A DNA stretch of 64,000 nucleotides from assembly GCF_009914755.1 (NCBI RefSeq), contig NC_060928.1; one strand, given 5' to 3'. The notes under the pieces are model-generated. The model saw only the letters and a program-made list of their open reading frames with translations, had not been told where the DNA came from and searched no databases. The stretch's first letter is position 1; each line of letters opens with the position of its first letter. The position numbers were made by a program, and so were the translations under genes. This document shows positions 54,901 to 64,000 of this stretch, piece after piece. This DNA is from the human T2T-CHM13v2.0 reference genome, Homo sapiens.

Positions 54901-57900
54901 TCCTGTAGTATCTGGAAGCGGACAATTCAAGCGCTTTCAGGCCTATGGGGAGAAAGGAAATATCTTCAAATAAAAACTAGAGAGAAGCATCCTCAGAAAC
55001 TTATTTGTGATGTGTGTCCTCAACTAACAGAGTTGAAACTTTGTTTTGATACAGCATTTTGGAAACACTCTTTTTGTAGAATCTGCAGGTGGATATTTGG
55101 ATAGCTTAGAGGGATTCGTTGGAAAGGGGATATCTTCATATAAAATCTAGACAGAAGCATTCTCAGAAACTTATTTGTGATGTGTGTCCTCAACTAACAG
55201 AGTGGAACCTTGGTTTTGATACAGCATTTTGGAAACACTCCTTTTGTAGAATCTGCAGGTGGATATGTGGATAGCTTTGAAGATTTCGTTGGAAACGGGA
55301 ATTTCTTCATATAAAATCAAACAGAAGCATTCTCAGAAACTTCTCTGTGATGTTTGCATTCAGCTCATGGAGTTGAACACTTCCTTTCATAGAGCAGGTT
55401 TGAAACACTCTTTCTGCACTACCAGGAAGTGGACATTTCGAGCGCTTTGAGGCCTATGGTGAAAAAGGAAATATCGTCTCATAAAAACCAGAAAGAAGCG
55501 TTCTCAGAAACTTCTTTGTGTTGTGTGTACTCATGTAACAGTGTTGAACCATCCTTTTGACAGAGCAGTTTTGAAACACTCTTTTTGTAGAATCTGCAAG
55601 TGGATATTTGGATAGCTTTGAGGATTTCATTGGAAACGGGTTATCTTCATATTAAATCTAGACAGAAGCATTCTCAGAAACTTCTTTGTGCTGTATGTCC
55701 TCAATTCACAGAGTTGAACCTTTGTTTGGATACAGCATTTTGGAAACATTCCTTTAGTAGAATCTGCAAGTTGATATTTAGATAGCTTTGAAGATTTCGT
55801 TGGAAACGGGAATATCTTCATAAAAAATCTAGACGGAAGCATTGTCAGAAACTGCTTTGTGATGTTTGCATTCAAGTCACAGAGTTAAATATTCTTTTAC
55901 AGAGCAGGTTTGAAACACTCTTTCTGCACTCGCTGGAAGTGGAGATTTCGAGCGCTTTGAGGCCTATGGTGAAAAAGGAAATATCTTCCCATAAAAACTA
56001 GACGGAAGCCTTCTCAGAAACTTGTTTGAGATGTGTGTATTCAACTAAGAGCGTTGAACATTTCTTTTTACAGAGCAGTTTTAAAACACTCTTTTTGTGG
56101 AATCTGAAAGTGGATAATTGGATAGCTTTGTGGATTTCGTTGGAAACGGGATGACGTATAAAATCTAGAGAGAAGCATTCTCAGGAACTTCTTTCTGATG
56201 TTTGCATTCAAGTCACAGAATTGAACATTCCTTTTCATAGTGCAGGTTTGAAACACTCTTTCTGTAGTATCTGGAAGTGGACATTTCAAGCGCTTTCAGG
56301 CCTATGGGGAGAAAGGAAATATCTTCAAATAAAAACTAGACAGAAGGATTCTCAGAAACTTATTGGTGATGTGTGTCCTAAACGAACACAGTTGAACCTT
56401 TGTTTTGATACAGCATTTTGGAAACACTCCCTTTGTAGAATCTGCAGGTGGATATTTGGATAGATTTTAAGATTTCGTTGGAAACGGGAATTTCTTCATA
56501 TAAACTCAAGACAGATGCATTCTCCGAAACTTCTCTGTGATGTTTGCATTCCACTCATAGAGTTGAAAACTTCCTTTCATAGAGCAGGTTTGAAACACTC
56601 TTTTTGTGATATTTGGAAGTGGACATTTGCAGCGCTTTGAGGCCTATGGTGAAAAAGGAAATATCTTCTCATAAAAACCAGAAACAAGCATTCTCAGAAA
56701 CTTCTTTTTGATGTGTGTACTCAAGTAACAGAGTTGAACCTTCCTTTTGACACAGCAGTTTTGAAACAATCTTTTTGTAGAATCTGCAAGTGGATATTTG
56801 GATAGCTTTGAGGATTTCGTTGGAAACGGGATATCTTCATATAAAATCTAGACAGAAGCATTCTCAGAAACTTCTTTGTGCTGTATGTCCTCAATTAACA
56901 GAGTTGAACCATTGCTTGGATACAGCATTTTGGAAACATTCCTTTAGTAGAATCTGCAAGTTGATATTTAGATAGATTTGAAGATTTCGTTGGAAACGGG
57001 AATATCTTCATATAAAATCTAGACGGAGGCATTCTCAGAAACTGCTTTGTGATGTTTCCATTCAAGTCACAGAGTTGAATATTCTCTTTTATAGAGCACG
57101 TTTGAAACACTCTTTCTGCACTATCTGGAAGTGGACATTTCGAGCGCTGTGAGGCCTATGGTGAAAAAGGAAATATCTTCCCATAAAAACTAGACAGAAG
57201 CATTCTCAGAAACTTGTTTATGATGTGTGTATTCAACTAACAGACTTGAACTTTTGTTTTTACAGAGCAGTTTTAAGACAATCTTTTTGTGGAATCAGAA
57301 AGTGGGTATTCGGATGGCTTTGAGGACTTCGTTGGAAGCGGGATTACATATAAAATCTAGAGAGAAGCATTCTCAGGAACTTCTTTGTGATGTTTGCATT
57401 GAAGTCACAGAATTGAACATTCACTTTGATAGAGCAGGTTTGAAACACTCATTCTGTAGTATCTGGAAGCGGACAATTCAAGCGCTTTCAGGCCTATGGG
57501 GAGAAAGGAAATATCTTCAAATAAAAACTAGACAGAAGCATCCTCAGAAACTTATTTGTGATGTGTGTCCTCAACTAACAGTGTTGAAACTTTGTTTTGA
57601 TACAGCATTTTGGAAACACTCTTTTTGTAGAATCTGCAGGTGGATATTTGGATAGCTTAGAGGGATTCGTTGGAAAGGGGATATCTTCATATAAAATCTA
57701 GACAGAAGCATTCTCAGAAACTTATTTGTGATGTGTGTCCTCAACTAACAGAGTTGAACCTTGGTTTTGATACAGCATTTTGGAAACACTCCTTTTGTAG
57801 AATCTGCAGGTGGATATGTGGATAGCTTTGAAGATTTCGTTGGAAACGGGAATTTCTTCATATAAAATCAAACAGAAGCATTCTCAGAAACTTCTCTGTG

Positions 57901-59918
57901 ATGTTTGCATTCAGCTCATGGAGTTGAACACTTCCTTTCATAGAGCAGGTTTGAAACACTCTTTCTGCACTACCAGGAAGTGGACATTTCGAGCGCTTTG
58001 AGGCCTATGGTGAAAAAGGAAATATCGTCTCATAAAAACCAGAAAGAAGCGTTCTCAGAAACTTCTTTGTGTTGTGTGTACTCATGTAACAGTGTTGAAC
58101 CATCCTTTTGACAGAGCAGTTTTGAAACACTCTTTTTGTAGAATCTGCAAGTGGATATTTGGATAGCTTTGAGGATTTCATTGGAAACGGGTTATCTTCA
58201 TATTAAATCTAGACAGAAGCATTCTCAGAAACTTCTTTGTGCTGTATGTCCTCAATTCACAGAGTTGAACCTTTGTTTGGATACAGCATTTTGGAAACAT
58301 TCCTTTAGTAGAATCTGCAAGTTGATATTTAGATAGCTTTGAAGATTTCGTTGGAAACGGGAATATCTTCATAAAAAATCTAGACGGAAGCATTGTCAGA
58401 AACTGCTTTGTGATGTTTGCATTCAAGTCACAGAGTTAAATATTCTTTTACAGAGCAGGTTTGAAACACTCTTTCTGCACTCGCTGGAAGTGGAGATTTC
58501 GAGCGCTTTGAGGCCTATGGTGAAAAAGGAAATATCTTCCCATAAAAACTAGACGGAAGCCTTCTCAGAAACTTGTTTGAGATGTGTGTATTCAACTAAG
58601 AGCGTTGAACATTTCTTTTTACAGAGCAGTTTTAAAACACTCTTTTGTGGAATCTGAAAGTGGATAATTGGATAGCTTTGTGGATTTCGTTGGAAACGGG
58701 ATGACGTATAAAATCTAGAGAGAAGCATTCTCAGGAACTTCTTTCTGATGTTTGCATTCAAGTCACAGAATTGAACATTCCTTTTCATAGTGCAGGTTTG
58801 AAACACTCTTTCTGTAGTATCTGGAAGTGGACATTTCAAGCGCTTTCAGGCCTATGGGGAGAAAGGAAATATCTTCAAATAAAAACTAGACAGAAGGATT
58901 CTCAGAAACTTATTGGTGATGTGTGTCCTAAACGAACACAGTTGAACCTTTGTTTTGATACAGCATTTTGGAAACACTCCTTTGTAGAATCTGCAGGTGG
59001 ATATTTGGATAGATTTTAAGATTTCGTTGGAAACGGGAATTTCTTCATATAAACTCAAGACAGATGCATTCTCCGAAACTTCTCTGTGATGTTTGCATTC
59101 CACTCATAGAGTTGAAAACTTCCTTTCATAGAGCAGGTTTGAAACACTCTTTTTGTGATATTTGGAAGTGGACATTTGCAGCGCTTTGAGGCCTATGGTG
59201 AAAAAGGAAATATCTTCTCATAAAAACCAGAAACAAGCATTCTCAGAAACTTCTTTTTGATGTGTGTACTCAAGTAACAGAGTTGAACCTTCCTTTTGAC
59301 ACAGCAGTTTTGAAACACTCTTTTTGTAGAATCTGCAGGTGGATATTTGGATAGCTTAGAGGGATTCGTTGGAAAGGGGATATCTTCATATAAAATGTAG
59401 ACAGAAGCATTCTGAGGAACTACTTTGTGATATTTGCATTGAAGTCACAGAATTGAACATTCACTTTGATAGAGCAGGTTGGAAACACTCATCCTGTAGT
59501 ATCTGGAAGCGGACAATTCAAGCGCTTTCAGGCCTATGGGGAGAAAGGAAATATCTTCAAATAAAAACTAGAGAGAAGCATCCTCAGAAACTTATTTGTG
59601 ATGTGTGTCCTCAACTAACAGAGTTGAAACTTTGTTTTGATACAGCATTTTGGAAACACTCTTTTTGTAGAATCTGCAGGTGGATATTTGGATAGCTTAG
59701 AGGGATTCGTTGGAAAGGGGATATCTTCATATAAAATCTAGACAGAAGCATTCTCAGAAACTTATTTGTGATGTGTGTCCTCAACTAACAGAGTGGAACC
59801 TTGGTTTTGATACAGCATTTTGGAAACACTCCTTTTGTAGAATCTGCAGGTGGATATGTGGATAGCTTTGAAGATTTCGTTGGAAACGGGAATTTCTTCA
59901 TATAAAATCAAACAGAAG
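36964..59918 (+). repeat. 27-mer super-HOR (15-mer 2551 bp + 12-mer 2040 bp = 4591 bp), 5 tandem near-identical copies
   Basis: Marker ORF starts at 37236, 39787, 41827, 44378, 46418, 48969, 51009, 53560, 55600, 58151 and 60191 alternate 2551/2040 bp. The 12-mer-specific ORF MERGYLHIKC starts at 41005, 45596, 50187, 54778 and 59369, an exact 4591-bp spacing. Confidence 0.97.
39515..41554 (+). repeat. 12-mer HOR structural variant, first of 5 copies (others 44106-46145, 48697-50736, 53288-55327, 57879-59918)
   Basis: The order is M1-M8, hybrid M9/M14a, M13, M14a, M14b. M10-M12 are absent (no CCATTGCTTGG, GTTTCCATTC or GGATGGCT in these units). Length is 2040 bp. Confidence 0.93.
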
Positions 59919-62900
59919 CATTCTCAGAAACTTCTCTGTGATGTTTGCATTCAGCTCATGGAGTTGAACACTTCCTTTCATAGAGCAGGTTTGAAACACT
60001 CTTTCTGCACTACCAGGAAGTGGACATTTCGAGCGCTTTGAGGCCTATGGTGAAAAAGGAAATATCTTCTCATAAAAACCAGAAAGAAGCGTTCTCAGAA
60101 ACTTTTTTGTGTTGTGTTTACTCATGTAACAGTGTTGAACCATCCTTTTGACAGAGCAGTTTTGAAACACTCTTTTGGTAGAATCTGCAAGTGGATATTT
60201 GGATAGCTTTGAGGATTTCGTTGGAAACGGGTTATCTTCATATTAAATCTAGACAGAAGCATTCTCAGAAACTTCTTTGTGCTGTATGTCCTCAATTCAC
60301 AGAGTTGAACCTTTGTTTGGATACAGCATTTTGGAAACATTCCTTTAGTAGAATCTGCAAGTTGATATTTAGATAGCTTTGAAGATTTCGTTGGAAACGG
60401 GAATATCTTCATAAAAAATCTAGACGGAAGCATTGTCAGAAACTGCTTTGTGATGTTTGCATTCAAGTCACAGAGTTAAATATTCTTTTACAGAGCAGGT
60501 TTGAAACACTCTTTCTGCACTCCCTGGAAGTGGAGATTTCGAGCGCTTTGAGGCCTATGGTGAAAAAGGAAATATCTTCCCATAAAAACTAGACGGAAGC
60601 CTTCTCAGAAACTTGTTTGAGATGTGTGTATTCAACTAAGAGCGTTGAACATTTCTTTTTACAGAGCAGTTTTAAAACACTCTTTTTGTGGAATCTGAAA
60701 GTGGATAATTGGATAGCTTTGTGGATTTCGTTGGAAACGGGATGACGTATAAAAACTAGAGAGAAGCATTCTCAGGAACTTCTTTCTGATGTGCGCATTC
60801 AAGTCACAGAATTGAACATTCCTTTTCATAGTGCAGGTTTGAAACACTCTTTCTGTACTATCTGGAAGTGGACATTTCAAGCGCTTTCAGGCCTATGGGG
60901 AGAAAGGAAATATCTTCAAATAAAAACTATACAGAAGGATTCTCAGAAACTTATTGGTGATATGTGTCCTAAACGAACACAGTTGAACCTTTGTTTTGAT
61001 ACAGCATTTTGGAAACACTCCCTTTGTAGAATCTGCAGGTGGATATTTGGATAGATTTTAAGATTTCGTTGGAAACGGGAATTTCTTCATATAAACTCAA
61101 GACAGATGCAATCTCAGAAACTTCTCTGTGATGTTTGCATTCCACTCATAGAGTTGAAAACTTCATTTCATAGAGCAGGTTTGAAACACTCTTTTTGTAA
61201 TATTTGGAAGTGGACATTTGCAGCGCTTTGAGGCCTATGGTGAAAAAGGAAATATCTTCTCATAAAAACCAGAAACAAGCATTCTCAGAAACTTCTTTTT
61301 GATGTGTGTACTCAAGTAACAGAGTTGAACCTTCCTTTTGACACAGCAGTTTTGAAACAATCTTTTTGTAGAATCTGCAAGTGGATATTTGGATAGCTTT
61401 GAGGATTTCGTTGGAAACGGGATATCTTCATATAAAATCTAGACAGAAGCACTCTCAGAAACTTCTTTGTGCTGTATGTCCTCAATTAACAGAGTTGAAC
61501 CATTGCTTGGATACAGCATTTTGGAAACATTCCTTTAGTAGAATCTGCAAGTTGATATTTAGATAGATTTGAAGATTTCGTTGGAAACGGGAATATCTTC
61601 ATATAAAATCTAGACGGAGGCATTCTCAGAAACTGCTTTGTGATGTTTCCATTCAAGTCACAGAGTTGAATATTCTCTTTTATAGAGCACGTTTGAAACA
61701 CTCTTTCTGCACTATCTGGAAGTGGACATTTCGAGCGCTGTGAGGCCTATGGTGAAAAAGGAAATATCTTCCCATAAAAACTAGACAGAAGCATTCTCAG
61801 AAACTTGTTTGTGATGTGTGTATTCAACTAACAGACTTGAACTTTTGTTTTTACAGAGCAGTTTTAAGACAATCTTTTTGTGGAATCAGAAAGTGGATAT
61901 TCGGATGGCTTTGAGGACTTCGTTGGAAGCGGGATCACATATAAAATCTAGAGAGAAGCATTCTCAGGAACTTCTTTGTGATGTTTGCATTGAAGTCACA
62001 GAACTGAACATTCACTTTGATAGAGCAGGTTTGAAACACTCATTCTGTAGTATCTGGAAGTGGACATTTCAAGCGCTTTCAGGCCTATGGGGAGAAAGGA
62101 AATATCTTCAAATAAAAACTAGAGAGAAGCATCCTCAGAATCTAATATGTGATGTGTGTCCTCAACTAACAGAGTTGAAACTTTGTTTTGATACAGCATT
62201 TTGGAAACACTCTTTTTGTAGAATCTGCCGGTGGATATTTGGATAGCTTAGAGGGATTCGTTGGAAAGGGGATATCTTCATATAAAATCTAGACAGAAGC
62301 ATTCTCAGAAACTTATTTGTGATGTGTGTCCTCAACTAACAGAGTTGAACCTTGGTTTTGATACAGCATTTTGGAAACACTCCTTTTGTAGAATCTGCAG
62401 GTGGATATGTGGATAGCTCTGAAGATTTTGTTGGAAACGGGAATTTCTTCATATAAAATCAAAGAGAAGCATTCTCAGAAACTTCTCTGTGATGTTTGCA
62501 TTCAGCTCATGGAGTTGAACACTTCCTTTCATAGAGCAGGTTTGAAACACTCTTTCTGCACTACCAGGAAGTGGACATTTCGAGCGCTTTGAGGCCTATG
62601 GTGAAAAAGGAAATATCTTCTCATAAAAACCAGAAAGAAGCGTTCTCAGAAACTTCTTTGTGTTGTGTGTACTCATGTAACAGTGTTGAACCATCCTTTT
62701 GACAGAGCAGTTTTGACACACTCTTTTTGTAGAATCTGCAAGTGGATATTTGGATAGCTTTGAGGATTTCGTTGGAAACGGGTTATCTTCATATTAAATC
62801 TAGACAGAAGCATTCTCAGAAACTTCTTTGTGCTGTATGTCCTCAATTCACAGAGTTGAACCTTTGTTTGGATACAGCATTTTGGAAACATTCCTTTAGT

Positions 62901-64000
62901 AGAATCTGCAAGTTGATATTTAGATAGCTTTGAAGATTTCGTTGGAAACGGGAATATCTTCATAAAAAATCTAGACGGAAGCATTGTCAGAAACTGCTTT
63001 GTGATGTTTGCATTCAAGTCACAGAGTTAAATATTCTTTTACAGAGCAGGTTTGAAACACTCTTTCTGCACTCCCTGGAAGTGGAGATTTCAAGCGCTTT
63101 GAGGCCTATGGTGAAAAAGGAAATATCTTCCCATAAAAACTAGACGGAAGCCTTCTCAGAAACTTGTTTGAGATGTGTGTATTCAACTAAGAGCGTTGAA
63201 CATTTCTTTTTACAGAGCAGTTTTAAAACACTCTTTTTGTGGAATCTGAAAGTGGATAATTGGATAGCTTTGTGGATTTCGTTGGAAACGGGATTACGTA
63301 TAAAATCTAGACAGAAGCATTCTCAGAAACTTCAATCTGATGTTTGCATTCAAGTCACAGAATTTAACATTCCTTTTCATAGTGCAGGTTTGAAACACTC
63401 TTTCTGTAGTATCTGGAAGTGGACATTTGAAGCGCTTTCAGGCCTATGGGGAGAAAGGAAATATCTTGAAATAAAAACTAGACAGAAGGATTCTCAGAAA
63501 CTCATTGGTGATGTGTGTCCTAAACGAACACAGTTGAACCTTTGTTTTGATACAGCATTTTGGAAACACTCCCTTTGTAGAATCTGCAGGTGGATATTTG
63601 GATAGATTTTAAGATTTCGTTGGAAACGGGAATTTCTTCATATAAACTCAAGACAGATGCAATCTCAGAAACTTCTCTGTGATGTATGCATTCCACTCAT
63701 AGAGTTGAAAACTTCCTTTCATAGAGCAGGTTTGAAACACTCTTTTTGTAATATTTGGAAGTGGACATTTGCAGCGCTTTGAGGCCTATGGTGAAAAAGG
63801 AAATATCTTCTCATAAAAACCAGAAACAAGCATTCTCAGAAACTTCTTTTTGATGTGTGTACTCAAGTAACAGAGTTGAACCTTCCTTTTGACACAGCAG
63901 TTTTGAAACAATCTTTTTGTAGAATCTGCAAGTGGGTATTTGGATAGCTTTGAGGATTTCGTTGGAAACGGGATATCTTCATATAAAATCTAGACAGAAG
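59919..64000 (+). repeat. 15-mer HOR, more divergent haplotype (1 full copy plus a partial copy)
   Basis: Unit starts at 59919 and 62470 (2551 bp). It lacks the super-HOR markers TTCATTGG, CACTCGCTGG, ATCGTCTC, CTCCGAAAC and GTGATATTTGG. It has many private substitutions, and GATGCAATCTC is shared by ~61,110 and ~63,660. Confidence 0.92.

Larger units (their letters stand above)
1..64000 (+). repeat. Centromeric alpha-satellite (alphoid) HOR array, ~171-bp monomers, single orientation
   Basis: Alphoid landmarks recur every 166-172 bp across the window: CATTCTCAGAAAC, GAGTTGAAC, TTTGAAACACTCTTT and GTGGATATTTGG, plus either a CENP-B box (TTTCGTTGGAAACGGGA) or an A-type box (CCTATGGTGAAAAAGGAAAT). 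First-unit monomer starts are 44, 216, 386, 557, 727, 893, 1065, 1236, 1407, 1577, 1748, 1919, 2086, 2257 and 2428. Confidence 0.99.

Noticed and set aside
248-63605. About 190 short ORFs (61-145 aa) on both strands
   Set aside because: They are translations of alphoid monomers that recur with the HOR period. Many start at GTG or TTG, they are opened and closed by single SNPs or indels, and they contain no recognisable domains. They were used only as periodicity markers.
1-64000. CRISPR-like or prokaryotic repeat system
   Set aside because: There are no unique spacers and no cas or other genes. The whole monomer is repeated and matches alpha satellite.
1-64000. Assignment to chromosome 17 D17Z1/D17Z1-B, where 14-, 15- and 12-mers are known
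   Set aside because: Those HORs are SF3 pentamer-based. This array has a heptameric ABBABAB substructure and no once-per-HOR EcoRI site.
1-64000. L1, Alu or ERV insertion, inversion, or non-alphoid island
   Set aside because: Every inter-marker distance is explained by whole HOR lengths (2383/2384, 2549-2552, 2040). I saw no poly-A tail, target-site duplication or strand switch.

Overview
The whole 64 kb window is primate, most likely human, centromeric alpha-satellite DNA. It holds about 375 head-to-tail monomers of ~166-172 bp in one orientation, with dense CENP-B boxes. I see no genes, RNA genes, CRISPR array or transposon insertion, and all listed ORFs are by-products of the repeat. The interest is in the layered higher-order repeat (HOR) architecture. 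(1) 1-~19.9 kb is a 14-monomer HOR (2383-2384 bp) made of two diverged 1192-bp heptamers. (2) An in-register switch at ~19.86-20.04 kb leads to a sister 15-monomer HOR (2549-2551 bp) that has one tandemly duplicated monomer. (3) 36,964-59,918 is five near-identical copies of a 4591-bp 27-mer super-HOR (15-mer + 12-mer). Its 12-mer is a two-breakpoint rearrangement with a mutation cluster and reduced CENP-B box density. (4) 59.9-64 kb returns to a more divergent 15-mer haplotype. Monomer labels M1-M14, M14a and M14b are my own, with M1 starting at CATTCT at position 44. From memory the sequence resembles the chromosome 6 D6Z1 (SF01) family, but I have not verified this by a search. Difference counts are by eye.
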